Shown in pieces: positions 37,028 through 47,900 of a stretch of 64,000 bases of DNA. The notes under the pieces are model-generated. The model saw only the letters and a list, made by a program, of their open reading frames with translations, had not been told where the DNA came from and made no database searches. Source of the DNA: a virus (lineage: Duplodnaviria > Caudoviricetes); IMG/VR virus record IMGVR_UViG_3300032093_000005. One strand, 5' to 3'. Position numbers and translations under genes: made by a program. The stretch's first letter is position 1. Each line of letters begins with the position of its first letter.

Positions 37028-37629
37028 GAACGACCTCCCCAGTGAATATCAGGATATGCCTCAGAGACAATTTCCTTTGTGAGTTTATATTTTTCTCCAA
37101 GTTTTTTATCCTTACATAAAATTAGGATTTCTGCTTCAAGAGGATGAAGTCCTTGAAGAATATTAATAAACATTGTTTCTCTACGAAGAGAACTCAGACT
37201 ATCATTCCCACCTTTAATAAAATTATAAAATTTATCATATTCTTTACGAATTGAAGAAAATCCTTGATCTTGTGATCCAAGAGAATTACTTCCTACCTCT
37301 TGCATTTTAGTAACAGCATCTCCAATTTTTTCACTCATGGTGCCGCTAAATGAATTTTGTTCCCCAACACTTGCATAAGGAACGTCTCCAGGTGGAAGAA
37401 TTGAAATAACACTTTCATCAAAATTCCAAATAAAAATCGCTTTCAATGAAAGATGTTCATATTTTTTTAGAACTTCAACTTTTTTTACATTTGATCTTTG
37501 TTTCGAAACAAGTTGAAGAACTTCAAATGCAAAAGGATTGGTTGGCAATTCTTTAATTTGGTCGTCTGTTGTTTTAACAGAAATAACTTTTGCTTTAGTC
37601 GATGCTTTTTTTTGTGTTGTCGTAGTCAT
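37024..37629 (-). CDS. conserved T4-like hypothetical protein
   Basis: LPPGDVPY, L..RRETMFINILQGLHP.EAEIL. Confidence 0.75.
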   Translation of the reverse strand: MTTTTQKKASTKAKVISVKTTDDQIKELPTNPFAFEVLQLVSKQRSNVKKVEVLKKYEHLSLKAIFIWNFDESVISILPPGDVPYASVGEQNSFSGTMSEKIGDAVTKMQEVGSNSLGSQDQGFSSIRKEYDKFYNFIKGGNDSLSSLRRETMFINILQGLHPLEAEILILCKDKKLGEKYKLTKEIVSEAYPDIHWGGRS

Positions 37630-37665
37630 AAAAATCCAGAATCTAAAATCATTTACAATATTTAG

Positions 37666-37899
37666 TTAATCTTCATCATCCTCATCTAAATCCTCATCAA
37701 GGAAATAATCAGGATTAAAACTTACTGCTAAAACTTCATCTGCAATTACATTTCCTTTGTCATCAAAAAATTCTGGATGAAGTTTAGGTGTATCTTGATA
37801 ATTCATCATATATTCTCTTGCTACCCAACCAGTTATAAGTCCCACTATAAGAAACAGTATGGTTAGAAAGGAACCAAAGACTAAACTAACTGCTAACAT
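37666..37899 (-). CDS. small membrane protein
   Basis: N-terminal transmembrane helix, HPEFFD..GN, acidic tail. Confidence 0.75.
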   Translation of the reverse strand: MLAVSLVFGSFLTILFLIVGLITGWVAREYMMNYQDTPKLHPEFFDDKGNVIADEVLAVSFNPDYFLDEDLDEDDED

Positions 37900-38101
37900 T
37901 TTTCTTTCTCCGGGAAATTACTTTTCTTTTCCTTGCCTTAAAGGAAAACTCAAAATAGATAGTAACTTCCCGATTCAGAAAGCAAACTATCTTCTCAAAA
38001 ATGATATGGAATGGTTGAGTTTGCTTTCGTTTGCCTCCATTAAGAATGAGTTCAACACCACGATTTCTGTGGTCAGAGTTATTTATGTTTTTATCAGACA
38101 A
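37886..38101 (-). CDS. hypothetical protein
   Basis: ORF track; RGVELIL.GG. Confidence 0.65.
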   Translation of the reverse strand: MSDKNINNSDHRNRGVELILNGGKRKQTQPFHIIFEKIVCFLNREVTIYFEFSFKARKRKVISRRKKNVSS

Positions 38102-38330
38102 TTTGTTTCTCTTTCAAAAACTTAACTGTATCAGTACATCCTCCTAGTTTTTTATCATCACAAATGACTTGAGGAAATGTGGAACTTTCTCCAAATTCTG
38201 CGTAAAATTCGTCTTTGGTAAAATGTTCTCCTAAATTATACACTACAAAGTTACTTCCTGTCAATTCTAATACTTGTTTAACTTTATAGCAATATGGGCA
38301 ATTTTCTTTTGAGTATACAGTAAAATTCAT
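38094..38330 (-). CDS. nrdC: glutaredoxin
   Basis: CPYC active site, TFPQV, GGCTD. Confidence 0.92.
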   Translation of the reverse strand: MNFTVYSKENCPYCYKVKQVLELTGSNFVVYNLGEHFTKDEFYAEFGESSTFPQVICDDKKLGGCTDTVKFLKEKQIV

Positions 38331-38363
38331 AAGTAGCAAAAGATTTATAGTAATTTATAATAG

Positions 38364-38389
38364 AAAAAAAGGAGGGTAATACCCTCCTT
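38364..38389 (-). terminator. intrinsic terminator
   Basis: AAGGAGGG-TATTA-CCCTCCTT followed by T-run. Confidence 0.8.
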
Positions 38390-38463
38390 ATGAACCACCA
38401 ACTCACCTCTCCCACCACAGAGAAGTGGTCTTCATTCCCAAAGTTACAAGGATTGTGAAGACT
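38364..38463 (-). ncRNA. candidate small RNA (~100 nt), family not recognised
   Basis: Bounded by a perfect promoter and an intrinsic terminator; GTCTTCA/TGAAGAC and ACCAC/GTGGT stems; only a 10-codon ORF inside. Confidence 0.5.
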
Positions 38464-38468
38464 TGAAT

Positions 38469-38497
38469 ATTATAAAGGATTTTGAATCAGGTGTCAA
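38469..38497 (-). promoter_or_regulatory. consensus sigma70 promoter
   Basis: TTGACA-N17-TATAAT, perfect match. Confidence 0.85.
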
Positions 38498-38498
38498 G

Positions 38499-38894
38499 TT
38501 AAAGAGCATGAAGAGCAGCAGATGCTTCAGAAAGTTTTTCTGTGGCCGCGGTCTGTTTTTCCAATGCAGTTTCTTCATCACCAGAACTTCTTGCTGTTTC
38601 AGATTCTAAAAGAAGTGATATAGACTTCAAGTAAAAATTTGCAACTGAGTTATATTCTTCTTCAGTCAAAACTTGAACACTATTTTTTCCACAAGGACTT
38701 ACAATCGTCGTTACTGCAGTTGAGTCTGGAACTTCAGAAAGACAAACATCTACACCTTCGGAATCTTTTAACCAAACTTTCACGTCCAGTCCAGCATATT
38801 CTTTATAAGGATGTCTCTTATAATTTGGTTCTGAAAGTTCACAACAAAAAGAATTATTGTTATCATCAACATAATAATGTTTGATATATTGCAT
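38499..38894 (-). CDS. hypothetical protein at distal end of the repeat-protein island
   Basis: ORF track; ATAAATA late-promoter-like motif upstream. Confidence 0.75.
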   Translation of the reverse strand: MQYIKHYYVDDNNNSFCCELSEPNYKRHPYKEYAGLDVKVWLKDSEGVDVCLSEVPDSTAVTTIVSPCGKNSVQVLTEEEYNSVANFYLKSISLLLESETARSSGDEETALEKQTAATEKLSEASAALHAL

Positions 38895-38911
38895 TGTAAT
38901 TTGAAAAATCT

Positions 38912-39577
38912 TTAATTATTTATGGCAATCCCATACTTTTGAGAGAGTTCCTTGTTTTGATCATCCATTGTAGGAAACCCTTTGACCTTTGCCCAGCAAA
39001 CAATCGAATATCTTTTTCCTTTTGTGACTGGTTCGACTCCATGCTTATAATGATGATTAGATGGGAAGCAAACCATCATTCCTGGTTCTGGTCTCACACG
39101 AATCTTGAGATCTGGAAATATAAAATCGCCACCTTCAAAGTCATCGTTCAGATAAAAGACCATTGATAGATCTCGTTCGGTTGATTTCTTCCAAATCAGT
39201 TCACCATCAGGAGTCTGCCAAAGAGATTCACCATCAATATGTGGGCAGTAGTGACCTCCAATTCCATAGGACAAAATCTGAGGAACTTCACTTTCGCAGA
39301 TTTCTACACCATAAAAAGGATTGACAACTTCTTTGACGACATTGTGCATCAACTCAATGATCTTTGGTTGAATCGGGCCCATCTCAATATGTTGTGTGTC
39401 ACGAATGGTCTTATCGACTCTCCATTCCTTACCACCAGTCTCATTTGACTTATGTGGATCAAAGACTGCTAGATCAGTTGCTGTTGAAGACTTGATATGT
39501 TGAACTATTTCTTGAACACCATGTTCATTGATCACATTTGGTTTGATCAAAACATAAGATAAAGGATTTTCAATCAT
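38912..39577 (-). CDS. 2OG-Fe(II) oxygenase, prolyl 4-hydroxylase-like
   Basis: Y..GGHYCPHIDG (HxD), LSMVFYLNDDFEGGDFIF, HGVEPVTKGKRYSIV (H, RxS). Confidence 0.92.
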   Translation of the reverse strand: MIENPLSYVLIKPNVINEHGVQEIVQHIKSSTATDLAVFDPHKSNETGGKEWRVDKTIRDTQHIEMGPIQPKIIELMHNVVKEVVNPFYGVEICESEVPQILSYGIGGHYCPHIDGESLWQTPDGELIWKKSTERDLSMVFYLNDDFEGGDFIFPDLKIRVRPEPGMMVCFPSNHHYKHGVEPVTKGKRYSIVCWAKVKGFPTMDDQNKELSQKYGIAINN

Positions 39578-39589
39578 AAGTTTTTGAAT

Positions 39590-39598
39590 ATTATAACA
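39590..39598 (-). promoter_or_regulatory. extended -10 promoter TGtTATAAT
   Basis: Part of a 38-bp block identical to 44880-44917. Confidence 0.6.
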
Positions 39599-39602
39599 CT
39601 AA

Positions 39603-42600
39603 TTATACGTTAAATGATGCAGGGTATGTCGGTTGTGGCAATGCGTTTGCTCTTGCGCTTGATGCTGCAAGAGACCTACGAGCAACACTTAATGCTGCAC
39701 CAGGAACTGCTGCTGTTGTATCTGATGAATAAGTGACCTTATCCATTGTTGAGAATGTACCAGGACCACCACCACCAAAATAACCAGCAGTTGAGTTTCC
39801 TGATGCTGCCAGACGATAACGTGTTCCACTTAATGCGGCACCAGGAACTGCTGCTGTGGTGTCTGATGAATAAGTGACCTTATCCATTGTCGATGGTGCA
39901 GGAGAACCACCACCAAAGTATCCAGAAGATTGATTACCTGTTGCAGCAAGTTGAGAACGAGCAACACTTAATGCTGCACCAGGAACTGCTGCTGTTGTGT
40001 CTGATGAATAAGTGACCTTATCCATTAATGATGATGTAGGAAGACCACCACCAAAGTATCCAGCAGTTGAGTTTCCTGTTGCGGCAAGATAACGACGAGC
40101 AGCACTTAATGCGGCACCAGGAACTGCTGCTGTGGTGTCAGATGCATAAGTAACCTTATCCATTGTTGAGTAATTGGGTATAGGGAATGCTGATCCCACT
40201 CCACCACCGAAGTATCCTGCAGTTGAAGATCCTGTTGCAGCAAAACTAAAACGACCAACACTTAATGCTGCACCAGGAACTGCTGCTGTTGTATCAGTGG
40301 AATAAGTAACCTTATCCATTGTTGACTGGGGACCAGGAAAACCACCACCAAAGTATCCTGCGGTTAAGGATCCTGTTGCAGCAAGTCCATAACGTGCTGC
40401 ACTTAATGCAGCACCAGTAACTGTTGCTGTTGTATCTGTTGAATAAGTAACTTTATCCATTGTTGATCTTGTACCACCAGGATTAAAACCACCACCAAAG
40501 TATCCAGTGTTCGGAGTCGGTGCGAATGATGGGGTCTCAAAGGTTGGTTGTGGCAATGCATTTGCTCTGGCACTTGATGCAGCAAGATCACTACGAGCAA
40601 CACTTAATGATGCACTAGGAACTGCTGCTGTTGTATCATTAGAATAAGTGACCTTATCTATTCTTGAAAAAAGAGGAAGACCATAAGACGCTCCACCACC
40701 AAAATATCCTGCATTTGAGTTTCCTGTTGCAGCAACTTTACAACGATTGGTGCTCAAAAATGCACCAGGAACTGCTGCTGTAGTATCAGTCGCATAAGTG
40801 ACCTTATCCATTGTTGATCGATCAACACCAGTCAATCCCGGACTGGGTGGAGTGCCACCACCAAAGTAACCTGCGGTTGAGTTTCCTGTTGCTGCCAGAT
40901 GATAACGTGCTGCACTTAATGAGGCACCAGGAACTTGTGCTGTAGTATCAGTAGAATAAGTTAACTTATCCATTGTCGATCTTAGTTCTGTACTAGTACC
41001 ATAACCACCACCAAAGTATCCTGCGGTTGAGTTTCCTGTTGCAGATCCGTAAGTGCGACCTACACTCAAAAATCCAGCAGTAGGAAGTGCTGCTGTGGTA
41101 TCAGATGAATAAGTTACCTTATCCATTGTTGATATTTGTGAGGGAAATCCATATCCACCACCAAAGTATCCTGCTGTTGAAGATCCTGTTGCACTTGATA
41201 TTTCACGAGCACTAGATAGTTTAGCCAATGGAACTGCTGCTGTGGTGTCTGATGAATAAGTGACCTTATCCATTGTTGAATAATTTCCGACACCAGGAAC
41301 CTGACCACCACCAAAGTATCCTGCGGTTGAGTTTCCTGTTGCTGCCAGACGATAACGAGCAGCACTTAATGCTGCTCCAGGAGCTGCTACTGTTGTATCA
41401 GTTGAATAAGTGACCTTATCCATTGTTGATCTTACACCAGGAGCAGAACCACCACCAAAGTACCCAGTGTTTGGTGCTGTTACATTAACTGTTCCTGGTG
41501 TTGCAGTGAGTGCTGGTGGTTGTGGTAGTGCATTTGCTCTTGCGCTTGATGCAGCAAGACCAAATCGGGGATAACTTAAGTTTGCACCAGGAACTGCTGC
41601 TGTGGTATCTGATGAATAAGTGACCTTATCCATTTCTAAGAATCCAGGACCACCACCAAAGTATCCTGCTGTTGAATTACCTGTTGCACCAAGATAACCA
41701 CGTGCTGCACTTAATGCGGCACCAGGAACTGCTGCAGTGGTGTCTGATGAATAAGTGACCTTATCCATTGTTGAGAATGTTTGACCACCACCAAAGTATC
41801 CTGCTGTTGAGTTTCCTGTTGCGGCAAGACCATAACGAGCAGGAACACTTAATGCGGCACCAGGAACTGCTGCAGTGGTGTCTGATGAATAAGTGACCTT
41901 ATCCATTGTTGATCTTGGACCAGGATTACCACCACCAAAGTATCCTGATGTTGAGTTTCCTGTTGCGGCAAGATAGTAACGAGCAACACTTAAGGATGCT
42001 CCAGGAACTGCTGCTGTTGTGTCGGTTGAATAAGTGACCTTATCCATCAATGTAAGTCCTAAACCACCACCAAAGTATCCTGCTGTTGAGTTTCCTGTTG
42101 CGGCAAGATAAGAACGACCAACACTTAATGCGGCACCAGGAACTGCTACTGTAGTATCAGATGCATAAGTAACCTTATCCATTATGTCTGTAAAATAACC
42201 ACCACCAAAATATCCTGCTGTTGAGTTACCTGTTGCTGCCAAACCATAACGTGCAGCACTTAATGATGCACCAGGAACTGCTGCTGTAGTATCAGACGCA
42301 TAAGTAACCTTATCCATTGTTGTATGAAATCCACCACCAGATCCACCACCAAAGTATCCAGTGTCTGGTGCTGGTGTTGCATCAGTAAATCTTGTTGGTG
42401 GGTCTGATGGAGCAAAGAAAAATGCACTTGATGCTGCAAGATTAACCCGAGCAACACTTAATGAGGCACCAGCAACTGTTGTTCGTGTGTCAGTAGAATA
42501 TGATACCTTATCCATCGTCGATCTTACTGGTATGGGAAATCCTGGAGAACTATTTCCACCACCAAAGTATCCTGCTGTTGAATTTCCTGTTGCGGCAAGA

Positions 42601-43439
42601 TTATAACGATCAGCACTTAAAAATGTGCCAGGAATTACTGCTGTGGTATCAGACGCATAAGTAACCTTATCGATTATTGATCTTGCACCACCAGAAGATG
42701 TTCCACCACCAAAATATCCTGCGGTTGAAGATCCCGTTGCAGCAAGACTAAAACGAGCATCACTTAAAAATGCACCAGGAACTGCTGCTGCTGTATCAGA
42801 TGAATAAGTCAACTTATCCATTATCGAATATATTGGTTGAGGAACTACATTTTGAGTACCACCACCAAAGTATCCAGCGGATGAAGATCCTGTTGCAGCA
42901 AGATAATAACGAGCAGCACTTAATGCGGCACCAGGAACTGTTGATCTAGTATCAGTTGAATAAGTGATCTTATCCATTGTTGTCACATATGCTGGTTCAG
43001 ATCCACCACCAAAGTATCCTGCGGTTGAGTTTCCTGTTGCTCCAGATCCATAACGAGGAGAACTTAATGAAGCACCAGGAATTGTTGATCTTGTATCAGT
43101 CGAATAAGTGACCTTATCAGTTGTTGAGTGAATTGGTCCGGAGGAATTTCCACCCGCAAAATATCCAGCAGTAGAAGATCCCGTTGCTCCTAAACTATTA
43201 CGAGCAACACTTAAGTTTGCACCAGGAACTGCTGCTGTTGTATCAGATGCATAAGTAACCTTATCCATCGTTGATCTTGGAGCAGGAGAAAGAAAACCAC
43301 CACCAAAGTATCCTGCAAGTGGCAGTGCTAATGGAGAAGGAGATATCCAAACATCAGATAATGAAATCCATCCATTAGTAAAAGGTATTTTTTCTTCTCT
43401 AATATATGTTAATGTAAATACTCCTCTGGTGTTTGGCAT
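39603..43439 (-). CDS. Kelch-like repeat protein 1 (24 repeats in 4 modules of 6)
   Basis: Counted 24 GYFGGG-x(n)-STMDKVTY..DTTAAVPGAALS.AR..LAATGNST units; modules end AASSA(RANALP). Confidence 0.85.
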   Translation of the reverse strand: MPNTRGVFTLTYIREEKIPFTNGWISLSDVWISPSPLALPLAGYFGGGFLSPAPRSTMDKVTYASDTTAAVPGANLSVARNSLGATGSSTAGYFAGGNSSGPIHSTTDKVTYSTDTRSTIPGASLSSPRYGSGATGNSTAGYFGGGSEPAYVTTMDKITYSTDTRSTVPGAALSAARYYLAATGSSSAGYFGGGTQNVVPQPIYSIMDKLTYSSDTAAAVPGAFLSDARFSLAATGSSTAGYFGGGTSSGGARSIIDKVTYASDTTAVIPGTFLSADRYNLAATGNSTAGYFGGGNSSPGFPIPVRSTMDKVSYSTDTRTTVAGASLSVARVNLAASSAFFFAPSDPPTRFTDATPAPDTGYFGGGSGGGFHTTMDKVTYASDTTAAVPGASLSAARYGLAATGNSTAGYFGGGYFTDIMDKVTYASDTTVAVPGAALSVGRSYLAATGNSTAGYFGGGLGLTLMDKVTYSTDTTAAVPGASLSVARYYLAATGNSTSGYFGGGNPGPRSTMDKVTYSSDTTAAVPGAALSVPARYGLAATGNSTAGYFGGGQTFSTMDKVTYSSDTTAAVPGAALSAARGYLGATGNSTAGYFGGGPGFLEMDKVTYSSDTTAAVPGANLSYPRFGLAASSARANALPQPPALTATPGTVNVTAPNTGYFGGGSAPGVRSTMDKVTYSTDTTVAAPGAALSAARYRLAATGNSTAGYFGGGQVPGVGNYSTMDKVTYSSDTTAAVPLAKLSSAREISSATGSSTAGYFGGGYGFPSQISTMDKVTYSSDTTAALPTAGFLSVGRTYGSATGNSTAGYFGGGYGTSTELRSTMDKLTYSTDTTAQVPGASLSAARYHLAATGNSTAGYFGGGTPPSPGLTGVDRSTMDKVTYATDTTAAVPGAFLSTNRCKVAATGNSNAGYFGGGASYGLPLFSRIDKVTYSNDTTAAVPSASLSVARSDLAASSARANALPQPTFETPSFAPTPNTGYFGGGFNPGGTRSTMDKVTYSTDTTATVTGAALSAARYGLAATGSLTAGYFGGGFPGPQSTMDKVTYSTDTTAAVPGAALSVGRFSFAATGSSTAGYFGGGVGSAFPIPNYSTMDKVTYASDTTAAVPGAALSAARRYLAATGNSTAGYFGGGLPTSSLMDKVTYSSDTTAAVPGAALSVARSQLAATGNQSSGYFGGGSPAPSTMDKVTYSSDTTAAVPGAALSGTRYRLAASGNSTAGYFGGGGPGTFSTMDKVTYSSDTTAAVPGAALSVARRSLAASSARANALPQPTYPASFNV

Positions 43440-43441
43440 TA

Positions 43442-44260
43442 TTAATAATACTTATGATTAGAATACTTCCAGTATTCCAAGTTACTATACCTATTTAGAA
43501 TCTCATCACTCAAAATACTTTCTGGTTTTGAGGACACTTTTTCCAATTTACCACGAACATGATGCATGTCTTTGAGATACCACTGATCATCAATCTCACG
43601 ATGTGTATTCTCAATGTGATCAAAGTTATGAGTATAAGAATCTACTCCCAGAAACTCATAGATTCGATTCATGGTTTCATTGGGTTTTTCAATCAAATCA
43701 TCATACTCAACCATTAACAGATGCTTTTGATCACCACGAATGAATGCCTGTGATTGTGCCCAGAGTGCCTGTTCCACAATACCTTCTTTACTCATCAGAT
43801 AGTGACACCGATTGTCATCCGTGATTGGATATCCTTTTTCAATCAGGTGCTGATCAATAAAAGAAACCTGATCTGAATTGCGTCGGATCATGGTAATAAA
43901 GGAAGTCAGAATCTCTGTGATGTTTCGAACAGGACAGATAATCTTTGGTTCTGGTGTGATATAAGTTTTGATGCGTTCAATATTATTACTCCATGCCCTA
44001 CAGTGATCGATGATGATAGGTTTCTCCACATCAAAGTAGTAGTCTTCAATGATCGTGGAAACAATCCGATGTGCCGATTTTGGTTTTGGATACCCAAGAT
44101 ACTGCTCACTATCAGAAAAGTAATGATCGTTCCAATACATCAGTTCCATGACAGGACTCACTGGTTCTGTATGAAGTTCTGGATTCTGATTCAAAATACT
44201 TTTCAATAGAGTGCTGCCAGATCGTGGAAGACCTGCCATAAAATAATAAGTTTTATTCAT
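43442..44260 (-). CDS. sulfotransferase
   Basis: GLPRSGSTLL PAPS-binding loop, IICPVRN...I..S, VEYDDL...P..T...I..FL. Confidence 0.9.
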   Translation of the reverse strand: MNKTYYFMAGLPRSGSTLLKSILNQNPELHTEPVSPVMELMYWNDHYFSDSEQYLGYPKPKSAHRIVSTIIEDYYFDVEKPIIIDHCRAWSNNIERIKTYITPEPKIICPVRNITEILTSFITMIRRNSDQVSFIDQHLIEKGYPITDDNRCHYLMSKEGIVEQALWAQSQAFIRGDQKHLLMVEYDDLIEKPNETMNRIYEFLGVDSYTHNFDHIENTHREIDDQWYLKDMHHVRGKLEKVSSKPESILSDEILNRYSNLEYWKYSNHKYY

Positions 44261-44261
44261 A

Positions 44262-44876
44262 TCACCATTCAGTAGGATTAAAGAAAAATAATTGAACTAG
44301 ACGACCATTTTGTAGATTGGTTCCGAAGTTATAATTATGAGAGTGCCACAGATTTGTTTTGAATATGACTATTCTATTATACTTCATGGGTGAAAGCAAG
44401 TATCGAGTCCATTTAGAACGATCTAAACCTTCACCATAAACTGTTGTCCACCATGCTTCTTTTGCCGATGAGTATCCATGATACTTTGCTTCATCATCTG
44501 TGCGTGGACAGGTTTCTGTATGAGTTTTATTATGGACCCAGAATGATGTGCCACCCTCATTAATGACTTGTTCTGGTGGATTGAGATAACAGACGGCACC
44601 AAACTCCCAGACAGGATCGACATGAACATCCTGACGGTAGGTATCCGTCTCTAATGACAAACGAAAATATCCGTTTGGTTGTGCAGGAGTCAGTTTACGA
44701 TTCAGAACTGACTCAAACTTTTGATGTAGTGATTCTGGGTAGTAACCGTCTCTTGAGTTCTTTCCAGGATAAGTGTACCCATCCGTTGGTTCTGGATATG
44801 ATTCATTCAGAGCAAACTGTCGAATCTCATCAGGGTTTGAATAGAAATCATCAATGACAATAATATTACGTCTCAT
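44262..44876 (-). CDS. 2OG-Fe(II) oxygenase superfamily (DUF6445-like)
   Basis: IIVIDDFYSNPD.IR.FAL, YPG, HVD, GGTSF, YNRIVIF....WHS, GRLVQLFF. Confidence 0.82.
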   Translation of the reverse strand: MRRNIIVIDDFYSNPDEIRQFALNESYPEPTDGYTYPGKNSRDGYYPESLHQKFESVLNRKLTPAQPNGYFRLSLETDTYRQDVHVDPVWEFGAVCYLNPPEQVINEGGTSFWVHNKTHTETCPRTDDEAKYHGYSSAKEAWWTTVYGEGLDRSKWTRYLLSPMKYNRIVIFKTNLWHSHNYNFGTNLQNGRLVQLFFFNPTEW

Positions 44877-44888
44877 AGTTTTTTGAAT

Positions 44889-44897
44889 ATTATAACA
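44889..44897 (-). promoter_or_regulatory. extended -10 promoter TGtTATAAT
   Basis: Same block as 39581-39618. Confidence 0.6.
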
Positions 44898-44901
44898 CTA
44901 A

Positions 44902-47900
44902 TTATACGTTAAATGATATTTGTGAATTACCTGGTAATGCATTACTAGTTGCACTTGATGCTGCAAAATTATTACGAGCAACACTTAAAAATGCACCAGG
45001 AACTGCTGCTGTTGTATCAATGGAATAAGTGACCTTATCCATCGTTGATCTTGAACCACCACCACCAAAGTATCCTGCCACTAAAGATGATGTTGCAACA
45101 ACACTATCACGAGCAGCACTTAATGAGGCACCAGGAATTGTTGATCTTGTATCAGTGGAGTAAGTTAATTTATCCATTGTTGAATATGCATTGGGATTAA
45201 CAAAACCACCACCAAAGTAACCTGCTGTTGAGTTTCCTGTTGCGGCAACATTACTACCAACACTTAAAAATCCTGCAGTGGGAAGTGCTGATATAAAATC
45301 ATTTGAATAAGTGATCTTATCTACTGTTGTTCTTGCACCTGGAAGTGGAGTAAAGTTATTTCCACCACCAAAGTATCCTGCAGTTGAGTTTCCTGTTGCA
45401 CTAGCACCATAACGAGGAGAACTTAAGGAAGGAATTTGCGAAATAATTTCAGTAGAATATGTAAGTTTACTTGCATTTGAATATGGTCCAGGTGCAGCGG
45501 GAAAACCACCGCCACCAAAGTATCCTGCTGCTGGAGAACTTACTGCAGCAATATTTCTACGATCTCTGGTTATACTGGATCCAGATATAATTGTTTTTGT
45601 ATCTGTTATATAATAAATTTTATCCATTAAAGAATAATCCGAACTAGACCCTGGCTGGGGACCTCCAGAAAAATATGCTGTTGTTGAATTTCCGGTTGCA
45701 CAATGATTATAACGAGCACCATTTAATGCTGCACCAGGAACTGCTGCTGTTGTATCTGATGCATAAGTAACCTTATCCATTGTTGAATATACGAAAGAAG
45801 CAATACCACCACCAAAATATCCAAAATTTGAAAATATTGTTCCTGTCTGAAAAGTCGGTTGAGGTAGTGCATTTGCTCTGGCACTCGCTGCTCCAAGATA
45901 AGTGCGAGCAGCACTTAATGCGGCACCAGGAACTGCTGCTGTGGTATCTGATGCATAAGTAACCTTATCCATTGTTGCCACTATGGCACCACTAAAACCA
46001 CAACCAAAGTATCCAGCGGATGAAGATCCTGTTGCAGAAAGAGAATAACGTGTTGCACTTAATGCGGCACCAGGAACTGTTGATCTAGTATCAGTTGAAT
46101 AAGTCACCTTATCCATTGTCGATGATGCAGGAACACCACCACCAAAGTATCCTGCTGTTGAAGAACCTGTTGCGGCAAGAGAATAGCGAGCAATACTTAA
46201 TGCTGCACCAGGAACTGCTGATGTAGTATCGGTCGAATAAGTGACCTTTTCCATTGTTGTTAATGGACCAGGAAAACCACCACCAAAGTATCCTGATGTT
46301 GAGTTACCTGTTGCAGCAAGACCACTACGAGCACTTAATGAGGCACCTGGCAGCGCAGCAGTGGTATCTGATGAATAAGTCAATTTATCCATTGTCGATG
46401 CCACAGGATTACCACCACCAAAGTATCCTGCGGATGAAGATCCAGTTGCGGCAAGGTATTTACGAGCAGCACTTAAAGCAGCGCCAGGAACTACTGCTGT
46501 TGTATCTGATGCATAAGTCACTTTATCCATTGTTGAATATAAATTAGGAGATACAATACCACCACCAAAGTATCCTGATATTGAATTTCCAGTTGCAGCA
46601 GAACCTCGACGTGCCACACTTAATGAAGCACCAGGAACTGCTACGGTAGTATCTGATGAATAAGTAACCTTATCCATTGTTGATGATGATGTTGAAGGAC
46701 TAGGACCTCCCCCACCAAAGTATCCAGTGTTTGGTACAGATGCATTGAAAATTGTAGGTGTTACTGTCGTTGCTGGTGGTTGAAACAATGCATTGGCTCT
46801 GGCACTTGATGCGGCAAGATCATAACGAGCAACACTTAATGCGGCACCAGGAACTGCTGCTGTGGTATCTGATGAATAAGTGACCTTATCCATTGTTGAG
46901 CTTACAGGACCAGAAGTACCACCACCACCAAAGTATCCTGCTGTTGAAGATCCTGTTGCGGCAAGACCATAACGAACAGCACTTAATGCAGCACCAGGAA
47001 CTGCTGCAGTAGTATCAGTAGAATAAGTGACCTTATCCATTGTTGAATGATAATTAAATGCAGATCCCGTAAAATAATAACCACCACCAAAGTATCCTAC
47101 TGTTGAGTTACCTGTTGCAGCAAGAGCGGCTCGAGCCGCACTTAATGAAGCACCAGGAACTGCTGCAGTAGTATCAGTCGAATAAGTGACCTTATCCATT
47201 CTTGATATATTATTAAATCCACCACCAAAATACCCTGCCGTTGAGTTTCCTGTTGCGGCAAGTTTACTGCGACTAATACTTAATGCTGCTCCAGGAAGAT
47301 CAGACATAGTATTTGAATTATAACTTAATTTAGACATTCTAGTGCCAGGACTACCACCACCAAAGTATCCTGCTGTTGAGTTTCCTGTTGCGGAAAGACC
47401 ATAGTTGATTGAACTAAAAAATGCTGTGGTTGGTGCTACTGCATTTGTATCTGCCGCATAAGTTATTATCTGTACCGATGAAACAAAATTTGATATACTA
47501 TAATCAAATCCACCTCCAAAGTATCCTGCTGTTGTGTTACCTGTTGCACCTTGTTGAGCTCTTGCAACCGCAAAAAAAGCACTAGGAATTGCTGCAGTTA
47601 AATCTGTTGAATAGTTTAATTTATCAACTGTGGCGCTGGAAGCACCACCTGCAAAATATCCTGTTTGTGGAGATAAAGTTCCATCAATAAATTTTGATGA
47701 TGCAGATGATGGTAAAGTACTTACTACTCCCGGCAGTGCATTTGCTCTTGAACTCAGTGCAGCAAGAGTATTGCGAGGAATACTTAAAGCTGCTGTAGCA
47801 ACTGCTGAAGTATTTTCTGTTGCAAAAGTCAACTTATCCATCGTCGAACTTACGCCAGGTGAATTTCCTCCACCAAAGTATCCTGCTGTTGAGTTTCCTG

